Assembly: GCA_040879145.1 (NCBI GenBank)
Contig: JBBDKX010000035.1
Location: 1,122-65,121 of the forward strand
Direction of reading: 5' to 3'
Length of the DNA stretch: 64,000 nucleotides
Source of the DNA: Candidatus Spechtbacterales bacterium
GTDB lineage: Bacteria; Patescibacteriota; Minisyncoccia; Spechtbacterales; 2-12-FULL-38-22
The notes beneath the pieces are model-generated. The model was given only the letters and a program-made list of their open reading frames with translations, searched no databases and was not told the origin of the DNA. Made by a program: the position numbers and the translations under genes. Within the stretch, counting starts at the first letter, position 1, and each line of letters opens with the position of its first letter. Shown here one piece after another: positions 1 to 9,802 of this stretch.

Positions 1-68
1 CCCAAAAGTTCGCGTGCCACATCAGCGGACGGTTTTGTATAAAAGTCTATACCTAATCTTTTTTGCAT
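1..68 (-). CDS. DNA-3-methyladenine glycosylase (Mpg family), 5' end only, runs off window
   Basis: Manual translation from ATG at 68 gives MQKRLGIDFYTKPSADVARELLG, matching the Mpg N-terminal Lxx(D/E)F(Y/F)xxxxxxVARxLLG pattern. Confidence 0.7.
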   Translation of the reverse strand, partial: MQKRLGIDFYTKPSADVARELL

Positions 69-86
69 ATAAATTATATTAACATA

Positions 87-110
87 AAACCGCCTCCAGG
101 GGCGGTTTTA
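87..110. terminator. Intrinsic terminator hairpin
   Basis: aaaaccgcc-tccagg-ggcggtttt just downstream of ORF 119..439. Confidence 0.7.
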
Positions 111-118
111 ATGAACTA

Positions 119-439
119 TTAACTCACAAGTACCTTGCTATCTTCCGCAAGGATAATTTCTGCGGCACAAAACGGGCAGAATTTTACCTCAATCTCATCT
201 CTTGTTGTTGCAAGAGTAACAGCGAGCTTGCCGTTAAACTGAGTGAAGTTCAAACCGGGTTGTACCTGGCCTGAAACTTCATCAAAGGTCATTGCCTTCT
301 TATTGCCGGAATGGCAAAAAGTTGTGAAGAAATCACGGCAACAAAAATCGTTTTTAGTAAGCCGATACCCCTTGGCGTATCCGCTTTCATTGACTCCTGT
401 CGTGTAACGAATTACACACTGGTCGTTTCTTTGACCCAT
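119..439 (-). CDS. Small Cys-rich hypothetical protein (CC and CPFC motifs)
   Basis: 106-aa ORF with strong SD AAGGAGG 6 nt upstream and its own terminator. Confidence 0.65.
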   Translation of the reverse strand: MGQRNDQCVIRYTTGVNESGYAKGYRLTKNDFCCRDFFTTFCHSGNKKAMTFDEVSGQVQPGLNFTQFNGKLAVTLATTRDEIEVKFCPFCAAEIILAEDSKVLVS

Positions 440-543
440 TCTGCTCCTCCTTGTTTTGGAACTATGAATATAATATCACTTTTTTTGAAAATAGTCAACA
501 AATACCTACTTATTCGCTACTTAAAATCGTTGCCAGACAACAC

Positions 544-1683
544 TCACTTAAAGTACCTCTTCCCTTTTAACTTCTCCGGCATAAAATCCTCTTCTGTGTA
601 CTTTTCATAGTCTTTTCCATAATCCATCTCTTTCATAAGTTTTGTGGGAGCATTTCTTATTTTAAGCGGTACAGGCAGATTGCCGTGCTCTTTTACATCT
701 TTTTGTGCCGCCCGCAAAGCATCGTAAGCGCTCCTGTCCTTTTGTGCATTAGAAAGATAAGCGACTCCGTGTGCTAAATTTATTGCGCACTCAGGCATGC
801 CTATCTGCTCCACAGCGCGAAACACACCATTTGCGACAACAAGTGCTGTCGGCTGCGCTATGCCTATATCTTCACTGGAAAATATCACCATGCGCCTCGC
901 TATAAACTTCGGGTCCTCTCCCGCGTCCAGCATCCGCGCCAGGTAATACATGGCCGCATCCGCCTGACTTGCCCGCATGCTTTTTATAAAAGCGCTTATT
1001 GTATTGTAGTGCTCCTCCCCTTTTTTATCGTAACGCAGATATTTATCCTGCAAGGTATTCTTTAAATTCTCTACCGTTATTTTGCCGTAAAGTTCATTTG
1101 TATTTTCTAACATGCCCAATGCCTGTCGCGCGTCGCCGTTTGCAAGACGAACTAAAAAATCCTGTTCGTCTTTACCCATTTTAAATCCGCTTCTTGCAAA
1201 AATATGTTTCATCTCTTTTTCGTCCAATTCATTCAGCGTAAATACCCGGCACCTGGAAAGAAGCGGAGATATTACCTCAAAACTCGGATTCTCCGTTGTA
1301 GCTCCTATTAATATAAGCTCTCCGCTCTCCACATGGGGTAAAAGGAAATCCTGTTGGGCTTTGTTAAAGCGGTGTATCTCATCTAAAAACAGTATCTTTG
1401 GCCGGTCCTTAGTACTTGTATCAAGTATTTTTTTAATATCCGCTTTTCCCGCCGATACCGCCGACAGCTCAAAAAGTTCCGCCTTTAAGCTTTCGGCATA
1501 AATTCGCGCTAAAGTTGTCTTACCCACTCCGGGAGGTCCCCACAATATAAAAGAAAATAAATGCCCGCTCTCTATAGCAACACGAATAGGCCTGCCTTCC
1601 GCGACAAGATGTTCCTGTCCAACGAATTCATCCAGATTCTTTGGTCTTATTTTAGATGCCAATGGTTCTGTCATAGCGCTCAT
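544..1683 (-). CDS. rarA: Replication-associated recombination protein A (AAA+ ATPase RarA/MgsA)
   Basis: PLASKIRP, GPPGVGKTT, LDEIHRFNKAQQD, GATTENPSFE, ISAFIKSMR; start may be 1674. Confidence 0.97.
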   Translation of the reverse strand: MSAMTEPLASKIRPKNLDEFVGQEHLVAEGRPIRVAIESGHLFSFILWGPPGVGKTTLARIYAESLKAELFELSAVSAGKADIKKILDTSTKDRPKILFLDEIHRFNKAQQDFLLPHVESGELILIGATTENPSFEVISPLLSRCRVFTLNELDEKEMKHIFARSGFKMGKDEQDFLVRLANGDARQALGMLENTNELYGKITVENLKNTLQDKYLRYDKKGEEHYNTISAFIKSMRASQADAAMYYLARMLDAGEDPKFIARRMVIFSSEDIGIAQPTALVVANGVFRAVEQIGMPECAINLAHGVAYLSNAQKDRSAYDALRAAQKDVKEHGNLPVPLKIRNAPTKLMKEMDYGKDYEKYTEEDFMPEKLKGKRYFK

Positions 1684-1739
1684 TCTATCACAAAACGTGT
1701 GAAATATCAGTAAATAAAAACACCTCTTTCATGTCCAAG

Positions 1740-1769
1740 TTGACAAAACATAGGTTTTCAGTATATAAT
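1740..1769 (+). promoter_or_regulatory. Sigma70-type promoter for the DEAD helicase-typA operon (~180-nt 5' UTR)
   Basis: TTGACA (1740-1745), 18 nt, TATAAT (1764-1769). Confidence 0.7.
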
Positions 1770-1953
1770 AGCCCTAAATCAAGTGAATCTCATATCCTGC
1801 CTGCACGGTTAAAATTACCGCAAGCGCGCAGGCAGGCGTTTATCTCTTGTTACATCAAGAGAAACTATAATCCAATACGCCCGGAGATATTCTCGCCAAA
1901 GGCGGGCAAACTTGTAAACTCACAAAAAATAATAATAGTGAGACGAATTTAAT

Positions 1954-3192
1954 ATGACACAAAGACACAACAATAGATCCTCAAACCGTTCGCGTTCCCA
2001 CAACAATAACCGGGGCTCATCTTCACGCCAAAACTATGGCGGAGGAAGAAGGCGCCATTCCGCTCCTCAAAATCGCGGAGGTCAAAGACAAAGCCTAAAT
2101 ATAAACACATTTATAAACAAGGCTGAAGCGATACAAAATACTGAAGAAAAAATAGTGCCAAAGCACAAATTCAGTGATTTTGCGATACACGAAAATCTAA
2201 AGCGTGCTATTGCCGCAAGAGATTTTACATCACCCACACCTATCCAGGATGAGGCAATACCTCATATCCTAAAAGGGCGTGACATTGTAGGGATAGCCAA
2301 CACAGGAACAGGAAAAACTGCAGCTTTTCTGATACCCCTTATAGACAAAATACTAAACAACCCTGACAAAAGGGTTCTTATTGTTACACCAACCCGCGAA
2401 CTTGCAAACCAAATACATAACGATGTAAGAAAACTTACGCCTCAAATGGGGATTTATTCTGTTTGTTGCGTTGGAGGAGCATCTATTGGTCCCCAGCTTC
2501 GTGACTTAAAGAGACGTCATAACTTTGTTATCGGAACCCCCGGACGCTTAAAGGACTTGATAGAGCGCGGAAACTTAAACCTTGCAAAGACAAGTACAAT
2601 AGTGCTTGACGAAGCAGACCGAATGTTGGACATGGGTTTTATTCACGACATGCGCTATCTTGTTGCAAGAATGCCCGAGCAACGCCATACGCTTTTCTTC
2701 TCAGCTACGCTTTCCAAAGACATTGAAAAACTTGTTAGCGATTTTCTGCGCGACCCTGTAACAGTGTCTGTAAAAACACAGGATACTTCAAAAAATGTTG
2801 ACCAGGATGTTATACGCGTAAACGGAAAAAACGCGAAGGTTGACGAACTGCACAACCTGCTCTTGCAGCCCGAATTTAATAAAGTACTGGTATTTGGCAG
2901 AACGAAGCACGGAGTTGAAAAACTATCTGTAGATCTTAGAAAACGAGGGTTTAAAACGGCCTCTATTCATGGAAATAAATCATACAACCAGCGTCAGAGT
3001 GCGCTCGGCTCATTCAAAGAAGACAGAGTACGCATACTTATAGCAACAGATGTTGCCTCCCGCGGACTTGATATTCCTGATGTAAGCCATGTTATAAACT
3101 TTGACATACCCAACACTTACGATGATTACGTGCACCGTATCGGCAGAACAGGCCGATGGGGCAAAACAGGAAAAGCTCTCACCTTCGTATAA
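1954..3192 (+). CDS. DEAD-box RNA helicase with Arg/Asn-rich N-terminal tail
   Basis: Q motif [36 protein letters not shown]. Confidence 0.97.
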   Translation: MTQRHNNRSSNRSRSHNNNRGSSSRQNYGGGRRRHSAPQNRGGQRQSLNINTFINKAEAIQNTEEKIVPKHKFSDFAIHENLKRAIAARDFTSPTPIQDEAIPHILKGRDIVGIANTGTGKTAAFLIPLIDKILNNPDKRVLIVTPTRELANQIHNDVRKLTPQMGIYSVCCVGGASIGPQLRDLKRRHNFVIGTPGRLKDLIERGNLNLAKTSTIVLDEADRMLDMGFIHDMRYLVARMPEQRHTLFFSATLSKDIEKLVSDFLRDPVTVSVKTQDTSKNVDQDVIRVNGKNAKVDELHNLLLQPEFNKVLVFGRTKHGVEKLSVDLRKRGFKTASIHGNKSYNQRQSALGSFKEDRVRILIATDVASRGLDIPDVSHVINFDIPNTYDDYVHRIGRTGRWGKTGKALTFV

Positions 3193-4982
3193 TGGAGATT
3201 AGAAATATAGCAATCATAGCCCATGTGGACCATGGTAAAACCACGCTTACAGACGCGATTATGCGCCAGACCGGCTCTACAAAGGAAGGTGTAAGTATGG
3301 ACTCCAACGATCTTGAGCAGGAACGCGGTCTTACGATTTACGCAAAAAACGCCTCCGTTGCATACAAGGGCACTAAAATAAACATAGTGGACACTCCAGG
3401 CCACGCGGATTTCGGTTCTGAAGTAGAACGGGTACTTCGCTCCATAGACTCCGTTATTCTTGTTGTGGACGCGCAGGAAGGTCCTATGCCACAAACCCGT
3501 TTTGTGCTTAAAAAATCGCTGGAACTCGGACACAAACCTATAGTTGTGCTAAACAAGATAGATAAGCCCGCGGCTAATCCGGCGCGCGCGCATGATGAAG
3601 TACTTGAACTGTTTTTTGACCTGGGCGCCGAAGAAGACCAGCTCAACTTTACAACAGTTTACGCAATAGGAGTAGACGGCGTTGCTATACGCGAGCTAAA
3701 AGACGAACGTAAAAATATAGAACCCCTACTGGATGTAATACTTGAAGAAGTTCCTCCCGCATCCGACAACAGTGAAGGGGCTTTAAAGGTGCAACCGTTT
3801 AACCTGGCGTACGATAACTTTCTCGGCAGACTTGCCATCGGCAGAATATACAGCGGTGTTTTAAAAGACGGCGCTAATGTTTTTATCAAAAAAGCTTCCG
3901 GCAAGATTGAATCAGGAAAAATAACAAAGGTTTTTACTTTTGAAGGAACTAACAGAAAAGAGGCGGCGCAGGCGCAAGCGGGAGACATTGTAATGCTCGC
4001 AGGACTGCCTGAAATTTATATAGGAGATACAATATGCGATTCTAAAGAAACAGAAGCGCTCCCTGCGATAGAGGTGGACGAGCCGACCATAGCTTTAAAT
4101 TTTTTAGTAAACAACTCCCCTTTTGCGGGGCGTGAAGGTAAATATGTAACAGGAAGGCAGATAAAAGACCGCCTGCTTAAAGAATTGGAGGTTAACGTTG
4201 GATTGCGCGTAGATTTTGAAGACGACCAAATGAAAGTGTACGGAAGAGGTGAACTACACATAGCCATACTTCTTGAAAACATGCGAAGAGAGGGATACGA
4301 ACTCCAGGTGTCACAACCCCAGGTAATAATAAAAGAAATAGACGGGGTAAAAAGCGAACCTTTTGAAGAGGTAATAGTAGATGTTCCGATGGAATCACAG
4401 GGAACAGTTATAGAAAAACTCTCACAAAGAGCTGTAATTATGATAGGAATAAAACAGGATGGTAACACTGTACGCCTTACTTTTGAAGGTCCCACCCGCG
4501 GGCTTTTGGGATACCGGGGACAATTTATAGTAGATACTAAAGGAGAGGGAATTTTTGCCAGTCGTTTTATAGGGTTCAAGCCACACGCGGGCAAGATACA
4601 AAAACGCAAGACGGGTTCCATGGCATCTATGGCAACAGGAAAAGCTCTTGGGTTTTCACTGTACAACCTGCAGGCAAGAGGCACTCTGTATATAGGGGCA
4701 AATACCGAAGTGTACGAAGGAATGGTAATAGGAAACACATCCAAAGGGGTAGACTTAGCGGTAAATCCCACAAAAGGGAAGCAGCTTACAAATATGCGCG
4801 CGAGCGGCTCAGACGATAACATATCCCTAACCCCACCCACTCCTGTCACAATAGAAGGCGGGCTGGAAATAATGCAGGACGATGAATATCTTGAAATAAC
4901 TCCAAAAAGCGTACGCCTGAGAAAACAACTCTTAACCGAAGTAGAACGGGCAAAGATAAAACGGCAGGAAAAATACGAATAA
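3192..4982 (+). CDS. typA: Translational GTPase TypA/BipA
   Basis: [43 protein letters not shown]; ATG overlaps the helicase stop (TAATG). Confidence 0.97.
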   Translation: MEIRNIAIIAHVDHGKTTLTDAIMRQTGSTKEGVSMDSNDLEQERGLTIYAKNASVAYKGTKINIVDTPGHADFGSEVERVLRSIDSVILVVDAQEGPMPQTRFVLKKSLELGHKPIVVLNKIDKPAANPARAHDEVLELFFDLGAEEDQLNFTTVYAIGVDGVAIRELKDERKNIEPLLDVILEEVPPASDNSEGALKVQPFNLAYDNFLGRLAIGRIYSGVLKDGANVFIKKASGKIESGKITKVFTFEGTNRKEAAQAQAGDIVMLAGLPEIYIGDTICDSKETEALPAIEVDEPTIALNFLVNNSPFAGREGKYVTGRQIKDRLLKELEVNVGLRVDFEDDQMKVYGRGELHIAILLENMRREGYELQVSQPQVIIKEIDGVKSEPFEEVIVDVPMESQGTVIEKLSQRAVIMIGIKQDGNTVRLTFEGPTRGLLGYRGQFIVDTKGEGIFASRFIGFKPHAGKIQKRKTGSMASMATGKALGFSLYNLQARGTLYIGANTEVYEGMVIGNTSKGVDLAVNPTKGKQLTNMRASGSDDNISLTPPTPVTIEGGLEIMQDDEYLEITPKSVRLRKQLLTEVERAKIKRQEKYE

Positions 4983-4996
4983 TCACACTCAATACC

Positions 4997-5038
4997 AAAA
5001 AAATAAACGGGTCACTGCAGTGACCCGTTTATTTTTTT
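4997..5038. terminator. Perfect-palindrome bidirectional terminator
   Basis: aaaaaaataaacgggtcactgcagtgacccgtttattttttt. Confidence 0.8.
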
Positions 5039-5055
5039 ATAGTTAAATGTCGGCT

Positions 5056-5220
5056 TTACTTCTTTTCTGTTTCACCCTCTTCAGGCACTACTATCCAGGC
5101 AATAAGATATAAAATTACTCCGGGAAAAACACCCGTAAATACAACAGCCACTGCCATTATAAGCCGGAGTATGGTTGAATCTGTCTTAAGATACTCCCCT
5201 AATCCGCCGGCAATCCCTCT
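5056..5220 (-). pseudogene. 5'-truncated PspC-domain gene
   Basis: Manual translation RGIAGGLGEYLKTDSTILRLIMAVAVVFTGVFPGVILYLIAWIVVPEE matches PspC; an in-frame TGA precedes it and the N-terminal segment is missing. Confidence 0.75.
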
Positions 5221-5480
5221 TCAATCCTTTTAGCTGTATTTTCTCTTTTGTTGACTATAATACCCCCGCCCGCTATATATTCATTACCGGACGATGTTTC
5301 TATTATTACAGGCATTGCCATGGAAGGTTCCTGAAAATATTTATTTTTACTCCACTCTATAACATCACCCGGCGTGCGAAATGTAATCGCGGTTTCTCCG
5401 TCTTGAAATCGCAATATTTCCTGATGCTGAAAAGATTCTTTTTCTTCAGAATTATTAAAATTAGGTTTTTCAAAATTCAT
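5199..5480 (-). CDS. Hypothetical protein, probably 3'-truncated
   Basis: 93-aa ORF starting MNFEKP; its end overlaps the PspC remnant out of frame. Confidence 0.5.
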   Translation of the reverse strand: MNFEKPNFNNSEEKESFQHQEILRFQDGETAITFRTPGDVIEWSKNKYFQEPSMAMPVIIETSSGNEYIAGGGIIVNKRENTAKRIEEGLPAD

Positions 5481-5671
5481 ACATTAAAAATTAATTGTAC
5501 CTCTTTATAGTAGCAGATTAAAAACGAAATATAAATGAATTTTACTTCCCGTGGAGAGTGTTTAGATCTGATGAGGTCTGGCTTTGTAGGGTTTAGAGAA
5601 CTTAGGTATTTCATTAGACACCACACGCTTATATGAAATATAATAGATATGCTATAATTTAGTTAAATAGT

Positions 5672-6415
5672 ATGTCTAAAGAAAAAATACCAAAAATTGA
5701 AGATGTTGCGAATAAAGAAAATTGGGAAGATGCCAATGTAACATACGAATTTAAAGATGGTAAGTATATAGTGGGAAGGATAGAAATAACTGGATTAGAA
5801 TACTTATCCAAATTTGAAATGACTTCCGAGGAGGAAGATAAGTTTTTTAATGCTATATATAAATTATTTGCTTTAAATAATTTTAATCTGGAAGAAAAAG
5901 AGGTTGAACAAGATATAGGAAGAGAACAACCTATACGAAAATTGGTAAGAAAAATTACAATTAATTTTTCGCCTGAAGCTCCAAAAAAGTGGTACCAAGA
6001 ACACAAAAAGGAATTAGTGATTACTGGTAAATGGAATCAAAGTGGTCAAAATATTAAGCCTGACCCCTCAATTTTAGATAAGCAGAAAGAGTTGAAAGAT
6101 ATGTATCCAGATACATACCCTGGGGAATATAAAGACCCTTCAGAAGGGTTTATGGAAGAATATACAGGAAGTGTTACTATTTATCCAAATAATATTTCAG
6201 ATAAATCTGAATTATATATAACTACTTTTCATGAGCTGGCTCATGTAACTCAAAAATGGCAGGGTAGAAGTTTCATGTTAAATACGCCTATTGGCGCAAA
6301 ATACGGAGAAGAACCTCACGAGGTTGAGGCTGAAAATGTAGGCAAAAAATTTGCAGAAATGTTATTAGAATCAAAAAATAACAAAAAACATAAAACTAAA
6401 TTTAAAAAAAGATAA
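5672..6415 (+). CDS. Hypothetical zinc-metallopeptidase-like protein
   Basis: FHELAHVTQ (HExxH) with downstream EEPHEVEA; AT-rich; terminator at 6428-6460. Confidence 0.65.
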   Translation: MSKEKIPKIEDVANKENWEDANVTYEFKDGKYIVGRIEITGLEYLSKFEMTSEEEDKFFNAIYKLFALNNFNLEEKEVEQDIGREQPIRKLVRKITINFSPEAPKKWYQEHKKELVITGKWNQSGQNIKPDPSILDKQKELKDMYPDTYPGEYKDPSEGFMEEYTGSVTIYPNNISDKSELYITTFHELAHVTQKWQGRSFMLNTPIGAKYGEEPHEVEAENVGKKFAEMLLESKNNKKHKTKFKKR

Positions 6416-6461
6416 AAACAGTAAATAAAATAATAGCCCTTAAAGGGGCTATTATTTTTTA

Positions 6462-6485
6462 GGTTAAAAATTAGGTGTCTCGGTC
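6462..6485 (+). repeat. 24-bp direct repeat, copy 1 (copy 2 at 7545-7568)
   Basis: ggttaaaaattaggtgtctYggtc, 23/24 identical. Confidence 0.8.
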
Positions 6486-6638
6486 TGTAAAACTTGCTAA
6501 ATATAAATATTTATGATATATAAAGACAAACCTCCAGAGCTTGTTGTAGTCATTATACCTCGCAATTTAGGGAATTGCGAGGGCTCATTATACCGTGCTT
6601 AAAAGGAGTGCGGTATCGACAAGCAAAGGAGATAAGCC

Positions 6639-6986
6639 ATGTCCGAAAAATACGTAGAGAACCCAAGCAACTTGAATAAATTCGATCTGGTGCAAAGCGG
6701 AAGAATAGAATTGGGAGTAATAGTCAGCGATCCCTTTTCTGTGAGCTGGCATGAACATGGTCCAATAGGTGATCCTAGTTCTTATGCTCTCGTAAACGAT
6801 AACATGGTCGTTGTTTGGCTTCCTCTGGAATCACGCACAGAGCTTTGCAGAATTGATAATCTGAATCTACTTAGCGTAGATATTGAAGATCTAAAACAGC
6901 GTTTTTCTGACCTTGTGTCAGATGCGTTGTTGGATGCTCATAGGCTTCGCGCAGCTGCCGATGCGATAGGTGAAAAGAAAGCATAG
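6639..6986 (+). CDS. Hypothetical protein, possible SH3/KOW-like barrel plus helical tail
   Basis: SD AAAGGAG, upstream hairpin 6558-6582, terminator acagccctct-att-agagggctgt(ttttt). Confidence 0.65.
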   Translation: MSEKYVENPSNLNKFDLVQSGRIELGVIVSDPFSVSWHEHGPIGDPSSYALVNDNMVVVWLPLESRTELCRIDNLNLLSVDIEDLKQRFSDLVSDALLDAHRLRAAADAIGEKKA

Positions 6987-7046
6987 TTAGTTCTTTCTAC
7001 AGCCCTCTATTAGAGGGCTGTTTTTTGTTATTGTTCCACAAAAATA

Positions 7047-7545
7047 CTATTCTAATGTAATCTTCTCCGGAGATAAATCTTCAAACTGTTCTTTTGAGTA
7101 AACACCGATACCTCTTAGCTGATTTTCCTCTCGTGTACTTGTTGTAAAAAGAGTAATGTGAGGCAGTGGAACTTCCAGATCAAGTCCTAGGATCAAATTT
7201 AACTGCGTATAAAATGTGGCGATATCCGACAAATCTATTAACTGGATATAGGATTCTCTTATTTCTGGCTGCCCTTCATCACTCTTGCTATCTTCCTCTT
7301 CGTAGTTTTTAGTGATGTGATAATATTCGGGTTTGAAAGAAAAAGACTAATTTAAATCTTGTGCGAGTTGTTCGATTTTGTTTAACAGTTGTTTCTTTTT
7401 GTCTTCGGGGAATAAATTTAATTTTTCTAAAATAGCTTCACCGGTTCTGCTTCCAATTAAAGTGAGATGGAATTCACTCTTCTCAGAAAGCCCTTCAATT
7501 TCTGCCTGGTTCAAGACGGTAAAGGCTTCTCGGGATGTTTTTAGG
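7047..7545 (-). pseudogene. 2H-phosphoesterase-like gene with internal TAG and no start codon
   Basis: One frame carries EFHLTLIG and LPHITLF (two HxT motifs); in-frame TAG at 7347-7349; truncated at the 7545-7568 repeat. Confidence 0.7.
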
Positions 7546-7576
7546 GTTAAAAATTAGGTGTCTTGGTCGGATAGAA

Positions 7577-8377
7577 TTATTCCAATTTATTTCGAACCAC
7601 CTTCTCTTTCGCCTCGGATTCTATCTCTTGCCAATCCTCTTCACTAAAATGCCTTTCGTCACCCTCACGACGATAGTAATGCAGCCAATTTGTATTTTCT
7701 GAATATTTTTTATACATAACATTCAGCAAATTAGAGCTCACAGGATTAAGACCGAGTTGGCGCTCAATTTCCTCTACCTTTTCTACACTATTTGATTCTA
7801 TTTCTGCTGTGTATCCATAGCCGGTTACATTTTGTATATCTATTTGAGTATCTGCATCTATCTTATACAATTTTCTTCTGCTAGTCCAAATGGAGGTTTC
7901 TTTGGGCCCTAACTTGTATAATGCTTTGGAACATTCATACACATAGTCCCCATCAACAACAACATTGATCTCTACACGTTCTACATCATGCAACGGATTC
8001 TCACTCGCTTTAAATGTAAGCTCAATACTCTGAATAATATTATTTTCATCCAATCTCCCTCTAAGTCGAAGCTGTATGCGTATATCATCGGGAAGATGTG
8101 TTAACTGCTTTATTAAACTATCTACTCCCGCCATATAGTCAAAATTGAGTTTTTCCGCAAATTCCAAGGCCTGCTCTTTATTCATGGACTCATAAAAACG
8201 AGAGTCCTCATGATATTCTCCTATCATCTTGGTATTAGGAAAAAGAGATACTATTTTATCTTCTAACTTTTCTAGATCTTCTTCGGAAGCTAGTAAATAT
8301 TTACGCTCTATTTCTAAGCTGGGTTCGCGTTCTTTTGGATTAACTTCTGCTTCTTTTTTAGGAAATGATTCATCCAT
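7577..8377 (-). CDS. CYTH (triphosphate tunnel metalloenzyme)-like protein
   Basis: EIERKY, LRLR, ELTFK, RVEI, RRKLY, GYTAEIE motifs in CYTH order. Confidence 0.7.
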   Translation of the reverse strand: MDESFPKKEAEVNPKEREPSLEIERKYLLASEEDLEKLEDKIVSLFPNTKMIGEYHEDSRFYESMNKEQALEFAEKLNFDYMAGVDSLIKQLTHLPDDIRIQLRLRGRLDENNIIQSIELTFKASENPLHDVERVEINVVVDGDYVYECSKALYKLGPKETSIWTSRRKLYKIDADTQIDIQNVTGYGYTAEIESNSVEKVEEIERQLGLNPVSSNLLNVMYKKYSENTNWLHYYRREGDERHFSEEDWQEIESEAKEKVVRNKLE

Positions 8378-8448
8378 ATATTTTTATTACTTTTAATACC
8401 CTCCCGGTCACTTGCCCGTCCGTCCTTTGACGGGAACTAGCACATGAG

Positions 8449-8610
8449 TGTTGCCTCGCAGGGATTCCGGGCTTCGCCCTAGAACCCTCGCTCTCTTCGT
8501 TCGCTCTTTGAAACCCCTCGGTTTCAACGCTATGCGCCTAAAGGCGCAAAACGGCATCCGCCACAGGGAACCGCGGTTCCCCGACCCCCTCCGCAGGTTC
8601 GAATCCCTGC
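8449..8610 (+). mobile_element. Non-autonomous element enclosed by direct and inverted copies of the tRNA-Gln 3' end
   Basis: 8449-8467 is identical to 8663-8681; inverted T-arm copy at 8596-8610; 47-nt core 8546-8592 is shared with 10951-10997. Confidence 0.6.
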
Positions 8611-8664
8611 TGTCAAAAAACCAGTATAATTTTAGCGGGATTAAACCCGCTAAAATTAACTATG

Positions 8665-8735
8665 TTGCCTCGCAGGGATTCGAACCCCAGTTTTCGGTTC
8701 CAGAGACCGACGTTCTACCACTGAACTACGAGGCA
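8665..8735 (-). tRNA. tRNA-Gln (CTG)
   Basis: Acceptor TGCCTCG/CGAGGCA, anticodon arm TCGGT-CTCTGGA-ACCGA, TTCGAAT loop; CCA not encoded. Confidence 0.93.
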
Positions 8736-8850
8736 ATATGTACAAATTTTTTAAAAACTTCTCTTCAACTACGGGGCAATGAACATTTTGTATCTTACCT
8801 TAATCAATATTCTTTATCAAGAAAAAGCCCCACAAAAAATGCGAGGCTCG

Positions 8851-8933
8851 TGCCGGAGGCGGGATTTGAACCCGCACGCTCATAGAGCAACGGAGTTTAA
8901 GTCCGTCATGTCTGCCTATTCCACCACTCCGGC
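8851..8933 (-). tRNA. tRNA-Leu (TAA)
   Basis: GCCGGAG/CTCCGGC, ACGGA-CTTAAAC-TCCGT, long variable arm. Confidence 0.93.
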
Positions 8934-8980
8934 AAGGAACAAAGTTTTCTGCTTCGCATAAACATTTATGCGAAGTTTCG

Positions 8981-9052
8981 TGCGCGCGGCTGGGATTGAA
9001 CCAGCGACCTCCTGCGTGTAAGGCAGGCGCTCTTCCGCTAAGCTACGCGCGC
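8981..9052 (-). tRNA. tRNA-Val (TAC)
   Basis: GCGCGCG/CGCGCGC, CCTGC-CTTACAC-GCAGG. Confidence 0.95.
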
Positions 9053-9071
9053 AGTTTGCGAAGTGAAATAA

Positions 9072-9263
9072 TCACTTCTTTTTCTTATCTCTTTTTTCCT
9101 TGATGAGGAATCCCCGCCTCGCGCCTTCCGCGCGGGAAAGAGGAAATGGTTTGCCGTCATTTGCGGCAACAATTTCTTCCGCCTCATGGCGGGGCATTCC
9201 GCGTTGAACCATTGCCTCAACCCACTCTTCGCGGGTTAAGACCTGTACTTCGTTATCACTCAT
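9072..9263 (-). CDS. Small hypothetical protein inside the tRNA cluster
   Basis: MSDNEVQVLTREEW..., SD AAAGGAG, overlaps the upstream ORF stop. Confidence 0.55.
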   Translation of the reverse strand: MSDNEVQVLTREEWVEAMVQRGMPRHEAEEIVAANDGKPFPLSRAEGARRGFLIKEKRDKKKK

Positions 9264-9435
9264 CTTCACTCCTTTCTTTCTTGTACTTAGGGCAGACACG
9301 TGCCGCGCCTTCTACCCCTCCCGCAACACGGTCTTTCGTATTCTCCCGACAATAATCACACTGTATGACATGCCGGAACATTCTTTCATTTTCTTGGCGC
9401 GCCTCACGCACCTGTTCCGCGAGTGTCTTTTGCAT
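9256..9435 (-). CDS. Small hypothetical protein (HxxxCxxC...C) inside the tRNA cluster
   Basis: MQKTLAEQ..., SD GGAGGT. Confidence 0.55.
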   Translation of the reverse strand: MQKTLAEQVREARQENERMFRHVIQCDYCRENTKDRVAGGVEGAARVCPKYKKERSEDE

Positions 9436-9469
9436 TGTTACCTCCATACTCATACAAGGAACCGTCTCG

Positions 9470-9544
9470 TGCCCCCGGCAGGATTTGAACCTGCGACTTT
9501 CGGATTAGAAGTCCGATGCTCTATCCGGACTGAGCTACAAGGGC
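9470..9544 (-). tRNA. tRNA-Arg (TCT)
   Basis: GCCCTTG/CGGGGGC, TCGGA-CTTCTAA-TCCGA. Confidence 0.93.
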
Positions 9545-9616
9545 GTAGTATCCCCTCGCCTCTATTTTAGAGGCGAGGGGTTCGTCCTCCTTCTCGTAAA
9601 GATACGGAAGGACACG

Positions 9617-9689
9617 TGGGTCGTCAGGGAATCGAACCCTGAACCTTCGGGTTAAAAGCCCGCTGCTCTGCCAATTGAGCTAACGACCC
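9617..9689 (-). tRNA. tRNA-Lys (TTT)
   Basis: GGGTCGT/ACGACCC, GCGGG-CTTTTAA-CCCGA. Confidence 0.94.
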
Positions 9690-9727
9690 GTGTGTAGCCC
9701 GCTGTCATTTATGACAGCGGGCTTGCG

Positions 9728-9802
9728 TGCGCCCGGCTGGCTTTGAACCAGCGACCCCCACTTTATAAGAGTGGTGCTCTCACCAGACTGAGCTACGGGC
9801 GC
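9728..9802 (-). tRNA. tRNA-Ile (TAT)
   Basis: GCGCCCG/CGGGCGC, CCACT-CTTATAA-AGTGG; starts immediately after the dnaX stop. Confidence 0.9.

Noticed and set aside
5221-7349. Stop-codon reassignment (TGA before PspC, TAG inside the 2H gene)
   Set aside because: TGA ends rarA and the tmRNA tag, TAG ends dnaX, frr and secA, and conserved genes have no internal stops; these are pseudogene lesions.
8449-8681. Prophage or ICE attL/attR at tRNA-Gln
   Set aside because: The duplicated 3' ends are only ~200 bp apart and no integrase is present; treated as a small element instead.
8448-8961. ORFs 8448..8885, 8779..8961 and 9370..9570
   Set aside because: They are antisense translations of tRNA genes and repeats (GFEP motifs).
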